A stretch of 64,000 bases of DNA from the human T2T-CHM13v2.0 reference genome, Homo sapiens. The stretch is taken from the NCBI RefSeq assembly GCF_009914755.1, contig NC_060927.1. The stretch is one strand, 5' to 3'. A program made the translations under genes and the position numbers. Under the pieces are notes generated by a model. The model was not told where the DNA came from and searched no databases. It saw only the letters and a list, made by a program, of their open reading frames with translations. Every line of letters starts with the position of its first letter. Within the stretch, counting starts at the first letter, position 1. Below, one piece after another: positions 19,138 through 33,564 of this stretch.

Positions 19138-20784
19138 AGAAGTTTTGGCACAGGAATTTATTGTTGCTGTTCATCACTATAGTGTGTTAGTCTCAAGTAA
19201 CAGTCACTCAGTCTAAAAAAATACTTCATACTACTAAATTGTCCTGACTCAGGGTTCTGGGGATAGGACAAGAAGACCAGCTGGTTTACTAATATGTAGT
19301 TTGCCACTCTGCAGACAACAACAAGAATGAGGTACTAATAGAATGCTGCTTCTACAGTAGAACCACAAAACAGTAGCAAATTTTGTAGGAACGATCACAC
19401 AATGAAAGCATATTAACAAAATTGTAATCATTTCAGGAAGTGAACTTATATTACCTATGTGTCCTTGGAGCAGCCCGGCATACTGCTTGTGATTCAGCAA
19501 TGCTCAATGAACTTAAAAAGCTGCTGAAGGTGCAACATCTGGTGTGGCAAGCACATGAGAAGCATGAGGTTTCCTAGGCAGAGCCTGTGTGCTCTCCACA
19601 GTGGCTCAGCCTCCCTCTTGCTGCATTCACAAGGCATACACCACTAAGTTTTAACTTAATTCATTCAGCCTAGGCCATGTCTTGATGAAAGCCAATAAAT
19701 TCCAAATCATAACTGAGGCAAGTTCAGTCTCCTTTCAGGTTGCAAGTCTAGTCCTCAATAAAGCTGGGGAAAAAAAGTAGATATTTCACTCTGCATTTTC
19801 ATCCAGAGATCAAAATCATGAATATTGATGCCTTGACCTAAATTGATATCTTATTAGAAATCCAATAGACTCCAAAACAAAAATAAAAAACAATAATAAC
19901 AAAAAGGCAGAAACATGAGCATTTAATTTTCACTACAAATGTAAAGTGGCCAGTTATGAAAAGTATACACCTTGGCATTGAAGGTTACTTAGAAAATTTC
20001 AAAATACTCTGCATAGATATAGAATTTTGCTGAGAAATCTGTATCATAATCTGCATATACCATTTTACATTAATAACATTCTAGGTGGCATATGCATTTT
20101 TAACGTGGAAAATTGAAAGTTTTAAATGAAATTAAGTCACTATAAAATCAACTCTCTTTTCTAGATCGGAAGCAATAAACATACTTTAAAACTTACTATA
20201 GCAATTGATAAATATAATATGTAAACACATTGTACCATGACACACTGAGTTGTAGTTTTTGTTGCTATTTGAGGCATAACATACACTGGATTGTATTTTT
20301 GCAGAGAACATTATGTTGGGTTGGGAATTATTTCACTGTCCTTTTTCAATAGAACTCTGACACTAGGCCACATCTTTATTCAGACATGCTTCCTTTGTCA
20401 TTCACATTTTTTCCCTATGAATTGTTATTATTTTCTAGGTTCAAAGTCATTCTTAGTTGATTTGAAAAACTAACGTGTATATTGAATTTTATATTAAATT
20501 TTTCCCTCTCGTCATCAGTGAAGTAATACACATAGTGAGAGATCCATTTTTTTTCTATTTTATTAAGGTTGAGGCTTAGAATCAGAAAAGTACATTGAAT
20601 TCATCTCAGTCATAGTTCAGCATTCATTTGCTTGCATAAGGACATGGCATAATGACTAGAATATTTAAATTTTGTGTTCAGAAATCCTTAGACTCATTGT
20701 TAGTAAGTGAGAAGTCAAATAAATAACTGCAAAAGAGAATGCCAAAGTGACTTACTTTGACTTACATATAAAATATTAACAACA

Positions 20785-21083
<299 letters not shown>

Positions 21084-21639
21084 TTATTATCAAATAGGAA
21101 ACAATTATATCTAAGAAAGTATGCAATTTTGGATTTTGTTCATCGGTAAAAAGTTGAGATGGTGATTCCACTTGTTTTACTAGGAATTAAATTTACTCAC
21201 TAAGAACATTTTGTTCACTCTTCCTATCACTGTGAATACTAAATCCATTTTGAATACAGCCTAAATAATTAAATTATAAAATGAGGCCCCACAAGTAAGG
21301 ATGAAGAGCTTTACCTCCTGAAAATGACAATTTTCCCTAATCTTCAATTAGAAGAACAAAATCAAAATTATTGCCACATTCATTTTATGCTTTTACAAGG
21401 ACTGTATTTCCATAAATATATTATACTAACAATTATTATTGACTTTTACCAGAATAGACACACAAGCCATTTTCTGTGCTCGTATAGAGTAGCAATATTT
21501 AACATGCCTTACAGTCCTTATTATACATGACTTAAATTTCTCTTGCTGAAGTTTGAGGCCTTGGAGCTCATAAATATTTTAGAAAACACATAAATAGCTC
21601 TTTTTCATTGCATGATGAAAATTAGATGGCCAATTCCTT

Positions 21640-22200
21640 CCCATAGCTCTTCTACTTACATAAATTTGTGTTTTTCTAAGCTTTTGCTGGTATTAATTTT
21701 TATTATTTTTTAGGTATAATTCTTTGAAATATTGTTAGACAAGTGCTCTAGGGATTACATTCCTAACTTTTCACATTCTAGTTACAATTAATATTATACC
21801 ACTGCACATAAAATATCAAAACCATATAGCCATGTAGGTCCATTTATTTCTTTATCCTTTATTCCATTCATGTATATCACATTTAAATATGTTATAAATC
21901 CCACAATCAAATGTTATAACTTTTCTCTAAGCAATTATTTATATTTTAAACAAATTATAAGGAGGAAAAATAACCTCTTATATTTAACCACATATTTACC
22001 ATTTCCAGTGTGCTTTATCCCTTCCTGAAGAATCATCTGGTCTGAGTTGCCATCTTCCAGAATAATGTTCTTTTGCATTTTTCTGAAGTGCAAATGTACT
22101 GGTTTTCATTTACCTGAAAATGGCTTTAATTTACCTTCACTCTTTAAGAACATTTTCAATGGATATAGAATTCTTGGTTGATAAGTTACCAATCTCAAGC
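21640..22200 (-). mobile_element. Decayed L1M segment
   Basis: tatatttaaccacatatttaccatttcc; ggatatagaattcttggttga. Confidence 0.55.
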
Positions 22201-22696
22201 AATTTTGAAATCCAACCAAGTAAACTTCATTTGTTTTTAACAGCTGAAAACAGTTGTCTATAATTTAACAATCCACCCTCTGGGATCAGTGAACCCTCAT
22301 GAACAATCCTTCCCTATTGTGAAAGATAATACAGTGTTTGAAGCTGAGTAGTTTTACCATCTTGTATCTTACCTACAGAATTTTGGGAGACAAACAGCAT
22401 TCCTTTATTTTGTATTCTTTCTGTACTTTTTAATTCAAACTGGCAGTGTTTCTGCTGATATAAAGTTTTCAAGACCAATGCATGGATCTCCAATATATGT
22501 CACACAAATTTACTCCATTAGACACGTGTCTTTTCCATGGATCTTTTCTAGAAACCCACTCTTTATGGTCTAGTTTCTCCTGACTTCCGCTGTCTCTAAT
22601 GAAAAGTCTGCAATCATTGAAATTGTGTGTTCTTCTATATATAATGGATCATTTTTCTTTAATTTTTCTATTTTTGACTTCTGATGAAATGGCTAA

Positions 22697-23024
<328 letters not shown>

Positions 23025-23079
23025 ACATACTTACTTTTTTCAAAAAGCCTTTTATATGAATGAATTTTATGACCTAATG

Positions 23080-23681
23080 ATCTTTCTGAAGGATTAGCAA
23101 AAGGTCGTCCAACCATACCCTCACTTGCTTTGAGTTTGGGGGGGTTTTGTTGGTTTGTTTCCAGAGCACGTTTTCCTGACAGTTAATCTTTTAATTTTAG
23201 TGTCTTGCAATCTGGATAGGCTGAGATTTTCCAAAGTGATCCAACCCTAGTCCTTTTTGTTTAATGATTTTTCAAACATTTTATTTGTTTCCACTCACAA
23301 TTTACTGTAAGAAGCAGGAAGAAATCAGAACCCAGTTTTGATATTTGCTTGGATGAGATAGCCTCAGCTAAATATCCACATTAATTACTTACAAATTCTA
23401 CTTCCCATATACCTGCAGAATACAATTTTGCTAGATTTTCAGCCACTATATATCAGGGATTTATTTTTTTCCAGTTTCCAATAACATGTTCCTTATTTCC
23501 TTCTGAGTTTTCCCTAGCGGTTATTAACATCCATATTTTTACTAACAGCCTTTTCAAGGAAATCAATTTTTCTATAATGCTCCTTAAAATTCTTCCATCT
23601 TTCATATATTGCCCAATTCCAAGGCCACTTCTACACTTTAGGTATTTGTAACAGTAGCAGCCCACTGCCAGTACAAAAATC
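23080..23681 (-). mobile_element. MLT1-int (MaLR internal, LTR-adjacent part)
   Basis: gcccaattccaaggccacttctacactttaggtatttgtaacagtagcagcccactgccagtac abuts the LTR, as expected for the MaLR leader. Confidence 0.7.
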
Positions 23682-24186
23682 TGTATTCTTTTCTATGGGT
23701 TTTGTAACAAATTACTTCAAATTAAGTGGATTAAAATAATGCATATTTATCTTACAGTTCTAGACATCAGAAGTTTGAAATGGTTATCACTGGGCTAAAG
23801 CCAATGCACTGGCAACACTGCATTCTTTTCTGAAGACCTTCAACCCAGAATATATTCTTTTTTGTCTTTTCTAATGTCTAGAAGCTGCCCACATTCCTTG
23901 ACTCATGCCACCTTCCATCTTCAAAGCTAACAATGGCTAGTCTAGTCTTTCTCATACTGTATCACTCTGATACTTCTGCCTCCATCCTCCACATTTAAAG
24001 ACCCTTATGATTACATTGGGCTCACTCATGTATTCCAGAAAAATCTCCCTTTTTCTGGGTCAAATGATTAGCAACCTGAACTCCATCTGCTTCCTTAATT
24101 CCATTTTTTCATGTAATTTAACATATTCACAGTTTCTGGGCATTAGAACATGGACAGTTTGGGAGGCCGTTATTTGGCCTACCATA
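23682..24186 (-). mobile_element. MLT1D-like LTR
   Basis: tgtaacaaattac...cttacagttctaga...aacatattcacagtttctgggcattagaacatggac...ggcctaccata. Confidence 0.8.
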
Positions 24187-24522
24187 GCCAGTTTAAAGTT
24201 CAAACTACCTTCCTTGCAATGGTGGCAGCCCAAATCTCAGTTCACTCCTTTAGCGTGAGATAACACTTCTAGGAGTCTGCACCACATATGGGTTGTTCTG
24301 GTCAGCCAGAAAACTGTTAGAATTTATACATAGAATTCAGGGCCCTACCTTACAGGTTCTGTTATTTCCAGGATCTCATCTGACATTATTCAGCGACTAT
24401 GGTTGACCCAAACTCTGTCCTCAGGTTCTTCAATCTAGAAAGACTGTAGGTATTCTACTGGAGTTTTAGCTCCCCTACAAGATGAAGACTGGTGCCTGTC
24501 ATCAGTTGAAAAGCAATATATC

Positions 24523-24878
<356 letters not shown>

Positions 24879-25199
24879 CTACAATGTTTTGATTTTTTTC
24901 CAGCATCTGTCTGCTTTTTGACACTGTCTACTGCCTTCAGGAAGTTTTGTCTTTCTTCAAAGATAAAATATAACTGTCATCTGCATGAAGGTTAGTCTAA
25001 GGGTTGATCTGAGTTATTTAGTCATACAGAAGCCTTGATATTCATTTTAAAACTTATTGGTGACTTTATTTACTTGCTTCAATACGTCAAATTCCAATAG
25101 AACAATGTGGTTTTTTTTGCCTTACATCATCACCTCTATCACTCATTTTATTTCATAATAACTCTCTTAGTACCTAATGCAGTCTCTCTTGCTATCAGA

Positions 25200-25915
25200 T
25201 ATTTTTAGGAAAATATTTTTATTGAAATTTAAAATATATTATTAAAAATGCACAGATAACAAGTGTACCACTTGATGAATTTTTCTCAAGATAAACAGAC
25301 CATAGTAGCCAGCAACCAGATCAGGAAATAGAATATTATCAGTGCCACCGACAATCACCTTATGCCATCTCCCAGTCACCATAAACCCTCTTCCCTAAAG
25401 CTAATAATTATCTTGACTGACTGTTACCATCACTACTTAATTTTCCTCATTCTAGAACTATATATAAATACACAATAAATATGAATTTTTTGTGTGTCTA
25501 GTTTCTTTCTCCCAGCATTGTATTTGTGAGAATCATAAAAATTGTTTGTATGTAGCAATGGCTTATTCATTTAACTTTATTCATTTTAACACTACTCCCA
25601 TTTCTCCCAAGTGTATAATATTCTCTAGTATAAAAAATTATAATTTATTTATCTGTTCTACTCTTGGTGGATATTTTGATTGTTTCTGGTATGGGACTAT
25701 TACAGATAGACTACTGTGAACATTCTGGTGCATGCCTCTTAGTGTTATATAAATTCATGTTGCATGTATATCTACCAGTGGAACTGCTGGCACATGGGGC
25801 TTGCATATGTTCAGATTTAGTTGATACTGACAAACAGCTTACCAAAAAGTTGATATCAATCACCAGCAATGAATGAGGGTTTCATTTGCTCCACATCCTT
25901 CCCAATACTTAGTTG
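25200..25915 (-). mobile_element. L1ME/L1MC-type 3' portion
   Basis: aaaaatgcacagataacaagtgtaccacttgatgaattt; accagcaatgaatgagggtttcatttgctccacatcctt. Confidence 0.7.
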
Positions 25916-26718
25916 TTTTATGATGCAATGCCAGAAAATTTTTCCTGTCCTAAGTTTTTCTGTCCTAGCCTCCTTAACCCAGACATTTTCTCTCTAAAAG
26001 AAGGACCAGTGAGAACCATGAGGAAAATGAAAAACATTTTGTAAAATAATTTCCATAAATCAATAATCCAGTGTCCTAAGAAAGTGTCAAATAATTGTTC
26101 AATATTACCAACTAGAATACTTAAAATAAGGGACTCAAATGCAAAAGCAAATATTTTGTATTGAGGTGCTACGAACATATGCCCCATCAGAGGTAGGGTC
26201 TGAATGTCTGCTCAGGTAGGATTTAGAGCTGCTAGTCAGAGCATGACTTTGGATTCAGAGTCCTGATGGAGAGAGACTAGTCAAGGCAATTATCTTAGCT
26301 CTAATGCACCCATAAGCAAAGTTATAAATCCTTTGACCGAAAAACAACTAGCTCCTTTAGAAGGCTTTTGGAAAATATTAAAATATGTCTTTATCTGTAC
26401 TACAAGCCATCACCAGATTTTACCTGACACTATGACCTTTACATTGTAAGAGAATTCAACTAACCTAGAGGGACACTTCAGAAAACAAGCAGTTTGCTAG
26501 TTTGATTACACTTTCCACTATATTGTTTCTTGTAGCCAATTTTTCTCTCATACTTGCAAAAAAGAAACCCCAAACTGAAAGACTTCAAGTGCATTTCCTG
26601 CAAAATTGGATGTTTGTTTTCTTACAGTTATTGACTACAGTTTCTCTTAACGTAGTGATTTCTAATGAGCAGGAAAATTGTTCGGGTTAGAATTTATTAG
26701 AGGTGTACATGGGCACAA

Positions 26719-26724
26719 GTGTGC

Positions 26725-26760
<36 letters not shown>

Positions 26761-26766
26761 GTGTGT
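26719..26766. repeat. (TG)n microsatellite
   Basis: Directly visible, interrupted by CG steps. Confidence 0.95.
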
Positions 26767-27055
26767 TCAGGGAGCAGTTGTTAAGGTGGAAGAAAAGGTG
26801 TGTAGTACCACTTTTTTACATTTCTTTATGGTCTCCCCTGAGCAGTATTTCTATTAAAAACATCAGTTTGAACCTGAAGTAATAGCCAGCTTAGATAATT
26901 AAGTTTATAAACAAAATACTGATGCAATATGATGGTTGCAGAAAATTGAACTGATTTATGAGAAGTATTACAGAATTTAAAAAATTAATACTAGCTTGTA
27001 ATGTGTCAAAGTATTTTTTCAAACACCAAGCCATGAAATCTTCCAGAACACGGTA

Positions 27056-27119
27056 GGAAATTCCCTCTTCAAACTCATTCCTTCCTAGGGCAGCACATTT
27101 GCACTTTTTGTGTGAGTCA
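27056..27119. promoter_or_regulatory. Candidate enhancer motif cluster: NF-kB (GGAAATTCCC, 27056-27065) and AP-1 (TGAGTCA, 27113-27119)
   Basis: Exact consensus matches within 64 bp of non-repetitive DNA; function not demonstrable from sequence. Confidence 0.3.
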
Positions 27120-27253
27120 GTGGTGTTGGCTTCAAATTCTTTGGCATTTTCACCCTTGATAAGAATGCAGTAGTAATAACAGCAAGTTCTTACAGAACAT
27201 AGAGGCATCAAACTTTTAAATCTCTCATTGTACATCGAAATGTTCTATCTTAC

Positions 27254-27322
27254 CTTTCTCTTTTTGTCTCTCTCTCTCTCTCTCATATATTTTCTCTTTT
27301 TTTCACACACCCAAGCAGATCT
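27254..27322 (-). other. Candidate 69-nt exon
   Basis: Minus strand: pyrimidine-rich tract ending ...ttttaactcttctgaAG, then the exon, then AAG|GTAAGA donor; single open frame RSAWVCEKKRKYMRERERDKKRK. Confidence 0.3.
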
Positions 27323-29239
27323 CTTCAGAAGAGTTAAAATGGGGGGAAAAAACAAGACTCAATTTTTATTCGCTCAAGCATGGGACAAAAACTTTTAAGT
27401 GGCAAAAATTGAACATTTATTCCAAAATATCAAAGTAAAATAAATACTCCAGGAAAATGAGTTATATATTTTATCTCTGAGTGACCTCCCCCAGAAAATC
27501 AATGTATATATGTGCAAGATGTATGCAGTCCTCACTACAGGAAACTAGATGTCTGCTATTCAGTGAAAATCTGTCAATTCTTCTGTGCAACTTGGAGTTT
27601 CTTTGTTTAAATAATATCAAATTCTACTTAAATCATATTACTAAAAGTGTTCTAATTTTCTTCACTGGAGAAATACACTATGGTTGAGGTTTAAAATGGT
27701 ACCACATTGTACAAAATAGTAGGGGTCTTGATCTATAATAATTCCATCAGAAAACTTCATATCTGGATTTGATTTCATAGCTTCTCTTTCTTGTTGTCTA
27801 AATCATTAATTATAAGTTTATATTTAAATGGTGATTCTGCTGTGCAAATGGAATAAACTGTAGCACTAAGTAAACAGAAATGATTTAACTATGGCTTATG
27901 ATCCAGTTTGCCTTAAAAATTCCATTCCTTATTTTGGGTTTTTGTGTTTTCCTCCCTGTTATTTCTTAATGCACTACTAACAGTTGTCTCTCTCTTCCAT
28001 ATTAGTTAACCACATTAATTCATCAAATAAAATATGTACAGCCTCTGACATTTTCTTTAGAAGATGATTTTGTTGCCATGGTGGCTTTTAGCTTGGAGAT
28101 TTCTGACATTAGTTGGATCTCATTGTTTCTTCTAGCCCTTTTAATTTTTTATTGGATAATAAAATCAATGACTGTCACTCAGATTAACAATTAACCAATT
28201 CATGAAAACCTATAAAGAACTAATCAGATTATGTGATTTTTTTCTCTGATTGAAATTTGAATTAGATGTGATTTCACTTTTTATATGGTAGCTACTTTCA
28301 CTTGTTAAAGGATTTTCTTAGAGAAAGAAATGGTTAAGAAGGATATAATTAGATAGAAGAATGAATGCAACACAAATATTAGTAGCAGGTTTTCTTAAAG
28401 TATTTTTTGTCTTTGTTGACATTTAGTATCTTTGAATATATTCTGTTTTTAGGTAAAATATTGCCTGTCTAAATTATTATAAAATTTAGAAATTTTCAAA
28501 ACTTCAGGAAAAAATTAAAATATATATTTTAGATAAGAATTAAATAAAATGAAACTCCAAAACAGATAGCCTTACCAGAGAATTAGAGAAAAACCTCTGT
28601 CTACTATTAAGCCTGTGTCTATAATGCAAACAATGATGTTTATTATTTCCATTTTTTTCTCTGTATAGAGCATAGTTCAGTTAAATCCTCTTAAGAATCT
28701 AGCAAGGGCATGAAGTTAGCTTAATTGCACTGGGTATCAATGTACATTTACTTACAACAAACATTCTAGTCAATTATCTGAACATTATGCAGTCTTGACT
28801 TTTTAAATTATTGGTAATCCATGAAAAATAATAAATATAAGATGCTGATTTTTTAATATAAGGATTAACAATGTAAAAGAAAGAAAAATTGAAATAGCAT
28901 GAACCTTTGAATTTTTTTCAAATGTTGCTATTATACATGTGCCGTTCATATATGTATAAATAATAATAAGATAACAAGGAAGAAAGTAACTGCCCTCAAT
29001 CCTTGAACTTTATTGTTATCACAACCTAAGAAATAGTCTTAAATTTTTCTGCATACAACAACAAACATATATAATAGAAAAGCTTTATAATGCCAATAGA
29101 CTACTGAAACACATAGCACTTATCCTAAGTATATATTAATATGTCCAGCTAATTCAAATAGGTCCTTGTAAGATATCTCCTAGTTTAATTATCATGAACA
29201 TTATTTGAAAGCTCTCCATACCACAGCATGTTAGGTGAG

Positions 29240-29299
29240 TGCTTTAGTCAGGGTTCTCCAGAAAAAAACAGAACCAATAGGATAGATAGATAGACAAAC

Positions 29300-29340
<41 letters not shown>

Positions 29341-29359
29341 CATAGATAGATAGATAGAT

Positions 29360-29390
<31 letters not shown>

Positions 29391-29812
29391 GATAGATAGA
29401 TATTCTAAAGAACTGTTTTATACAATTATGGAGGCTGAAAAGTCCTAAGATGTTCAGGGTGAGTCGATAAACTGGAGACCCAAGAGAGCTGATGATGTAC
29501 TTCCAGTTCAGGTTCAAAGGCCTAAGAAACAGCAGAGTTCTGCTTCAAAGGTTGCCAGAATCAAGACACAAGAAAAACTGATGTTAGGCAGAAGAAATTT
29601 TATTACTTGCGGGAGAAGCCTTTCGGTCCTATTTAGGATTTTAACTGATTAGATGAGGCCTACCCATGTTAGGAAGGGCAATCTGCTTGGCTCAGTCTAT
29701 TGATTTAAATGTTAATCTCACCCAAAACAACCTCTCAGAAAAACTTAAAATAATGTTTGTTCAAATATCTGGATACACGTGGCCCAAATTGACACATAAA
29801 TTAACCATCATA
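29240..29812 (-). mobile_element. MLT2B-like (ERVL) solo LTR
   Basis: ttagtcagggttctccaga...cagaaccaatagga start; ttgacacataaattaaccatca end. Confidence 0.85.
29281..29401. repeat. Compound (GATA)n tetranucleotide STR inside the MLT2 LTR
   Basis: About 30 units with GACA/AACA/CATA/GAT interruptions. Confidence 0.97.
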
Positions 29813-32800
29813 GTTGCGAATGAAAATTTCACATTCTAATTATCACATTTGATAAAATAAGATACAATTCTCAGTTTGCTAACCTATCATTAGTAAACTA
29901 TAGTAAAAATTATTTCTAAATTATGTATTTTCAATGATTGCTACATATAAAATGCAATGAAATTATGTTTACATTGAAACACTTTATTCTTAAAGGGGAA
30001 GGAATCAAATATTTACTGAGCACCATCTATGTAACAGGTATTGTACATACTTCATAACTAAAAACTATAAGTGAGTTTTCTATAATTATTTTAGTAATAA
30101 AAGTGAGGTCTGTATTCCAAGTAAGGAGTAAGATTCATTGTCAAAACTTTCCCCACAAGTTATCATTATATCTCAAGGAATATTCTCAGGATGGTCCAGA
30201 GTTTGTGTAAAGAAATCAAACTTTCAGAACAACAGTAGTAAGATGGAAGAATTCTCCAACTAAGACAGTAACTTAATAACAATATATTAGCCAAAAAGCT
30301 TTACCAGGACTTCAGAAACCAGCTTAGAAGTTGCCATACCCCAGGCATGCACCAAGCCAAGAACAACTGAAATGAAACAATTAAGAAAAGCTACTGTATT
30401 TCATTCATGATAGCCCTCCACAAACCAGCACAGCTTGGTGCAATAAAGAAAAAATGCCCAAAACACAGCTTCTGTCTTGGGAGAGAGAAAGAAAGGGGAA
30501 CACACATCCAATGTTCTGGCTTTTCATGGGGCTGCCTGAGGAATTGGTTTCTGTCTCACCTGACTCAGAGCAGTGATGGAGATATAGCATACTTTGGATG
30601 CCTAGGGGTCACTAAGAACAAAGGAGAGCTCTGGAGTTTGTGGAAGCACCAGAGAAACCACAGTACCACAGATAGGTGCTAGAAGAAGCAAGTTATTACA
30701 AGATTCTGAAAAAGGACCAAACATACATCTCTAATTGGAAATTTATATGCACAATTCCAGAGAAAATGCATGCCCCCAAAAAGTTTGAAAGGTACCCAGA
30801 ATAATTAGCTGGGATGATAGGTGAAAGTCTTCTCTTGTATGAAACCAGTCCATGAAGACTGGGAGAGATGGCTACTTTATCAAATACCCAAATCTCAGAA
30901 AAAAAAAAAAAATCACGTGAAGAAACAGGGAAGTATGGCTCAATCATGGAAGCAAAATAAATATTCAGAAACCAGCACTAAAAATGGAGATCAATGCATT
31001 ACCTGAAAAAGAATTTAAAATAAATAAAACTCAGCAAGCTACAAGTAAACACATATAGATAGAAACCTTAAAAATCAGGAAAATAATGCACAAAATGAGA
31101 ATATCAATAAAGAGATAGAAACTATTAAAAAGAACCAGACATAAATTCTGGAGCTGAAGAATACAACAAATAAATGAAAAAATTGACTAGAGGAGTTCAA
31201 CAGCAGACATGGTCAAGCAAAAGAAAAAAAATCAGTGAATTTGAAAAGACCTCATTTGATAATATCACATCAGAAAAGCAAAAAGAAAAAAGAATGAAGA
31301 AAAGCCTATGGGACTTATGGGGTACTGTCAAGTGGGAAAATATATACATTACAGAAGTCCCAGGAGGAAAAGAGAAAGAGAAAGGGTACAAAGAGCTTAT
31401 GTGAAGAAACAATATCTGACATCTTTCCAAATCTGAGGAAGAAAATGGACATCTAAATTCAGTAAGCTTAATGGTTCAAACTAGGGTGAATCCACAGAGG
31501 CCCACAGCTAGACACATTATAATCAAAATGTTGAAAGTGAAAAGCAAAAAAAAATTATCTTGAAAGCCCCAAGAAGAAAGCAACTCATGACATATAATGG
31601 AGCTCCCATAAGATTATCAGTGACTTATTCAGCAGAAATTCTATAGGCCAGAAGGGAGCACCCAAATATATGAAGCAAATATTGAATGGAAGGGAAAATA
31701 GGCAGCAGCACATTAACAGTAGGTGATTTCAATACCTCGCTTACAACAATAGGTCAAACAACCAGGCAGAAGATCAATAAAGAAACAGAGAACTTGAACA
31801 ACACTACAGACTTAATGGACCTAACAAACATATAGAGAATATTCTACCCAACAACAGTGAATGAACTATTCCAAGAGTTCACAGAACATTCTCCAGGATA
31901 GGTAAGATGTTAGGTCACAAAGCAAGTCTTAACACACTTGAAAAGATTGAAATCATATAAAATGTTTTTTCAGACTACAATTAAATGGACATAGAATCAA
32001 TAACAAAAGAAACATTGTAAAATACACAAGTATGTGGAAATTAAAAAACATACTCTTGAACAACCAATAAGTCAAAGAAAAAAATCGCTAAGAAAGTTAA
32101 ATGCTATTTTGAGACAAATGAAATGGAGAACTCAACATGCCAAAGTTATGTATGAAGCAAAAACAATACTAAAAGAAAAGTTTGTAGTGGTAAACACCTA
32201 CATTAAATAAAAAGAAAGCTCTCAAATCAACAACCTGACTTATTTTCTATGCAAGCTTCTTGTTACTATGCAAGTAAGAAGAAAATAAGAACAAACTAAA
32301 CTCACAGTTAACTGAAGAAAGTAAATAATAGAAATTAAAGCAGAAAAAGGTGAAACAGAATAGAAAAAGTGATACAAAATAAACAGAACTAAGAGTTGGA
32401 TTCTTGAAAAGATCAATATATTTGGCAAACCCTTAACTTGTCTAACTAAAAGAGACTAAGTAACAAAAACCGAATAATAAAAATAAAATACAATAAATTT
32501 AAAAAATGAAAGAGGAGACACTACAGCTAATGCCACAGAAATAAAAAAGATCATAAGAGACTACTATGAACAATTACATTGCCAACAAATTGGATAGCCT
32601 AGAAGAAATGGATAAAGTCCTAGAAATATACAACCTATCAAGATTGAATCATGAATAAATAGAAAATTTGAATAGACCTATGATTATTAAGATTAAATCA
32701 GTAATCAAAAACCTCCCAACAAAGAAAAGCCCAACACTAGATGGCTTCACAGGACAACTCCGCCAAACTTTTAAAGAAAAATTGACACCAATCCTTCTCT

Positions 32801-32938
32801 AACTCTCCAAAAAATTGGGAGGAAGGAATGCTTTGAAACTTATTTTATGAGGCAAGGAATATGCTGATACAAAAGCCACACAAAGATACTACAAGAAAAG
32901 AAAACTACAGAGTAGTAACCAATATCCCTAATGAATAT

Positions 32939-33000
32939 TTTATTAGTCAAGGTTCTTCAGAGAAACAGAATCAATACAATGGATGGATACATACATGCAT

Positions 33001-33046
<46 letters not shown>

Positions 33047-33564
33047 AGATTTATGAGATTTATTATAAGAATTGGTTCATATGCTTATGAGGCCAAAAAG
33101 TGCCATTATCTGCCATCTGCAAGCTGGAGAACTAGAAACGCCAGTAGTATAATTTAGTCCAAGTCCAAAAGTCTGAGAACCAGAGGAGCTGATGGTGTAA
33201 GTCCTAGTCCAAGTCCAAAGGCTTAATAACCATGGGAGTGGAAGGAGGAGATGAATGATGTAAACATGAGTCAGAGTCTGAAGGCCCAAGAAGCAGAAGC
33301 ACTAATATCTGAGAGCAGAGAAGATGAATGCTCCACTTCAAACAGGAAGAAAATACCCCTTTGTCTTTTTCTTCTATTCAAGATATAATGTATTAGATGA
33401 TGCCCACCTCAATTGATAAGGGCAATCATCTCTACTCAGGCTGCTGATTCAGATGCTAATCTATTTCAGAACCACCCTCAAAGACATACCCAGAAATAAT
33501 GTTTTACCAACTATCTGGGCATCCTTTAGCACAGTCACATTGACATATATAATTAACCATCACA
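32939..33564 (-). mobile_element. MLT2-like solo LTR nested in L1MB ORF2, containing (CA)n at ~33005-33043
   Basis: tattagtcaaggttcttcagagaaacagaatc...aattaaccatcaca; 5-bp TSD aatat (32934-32938 / 33565-33569); L1 sequence resumes in register. Confidence 0.88.

Noticed and set aside
29240-33564. Two co-oriented MLT2 LTRs as the ends of one provirus
   Set aside because: The DNA between them is L1 rather than ERVL internal sequence, and the second LTR has its own 5-bp TSD inside the L1.
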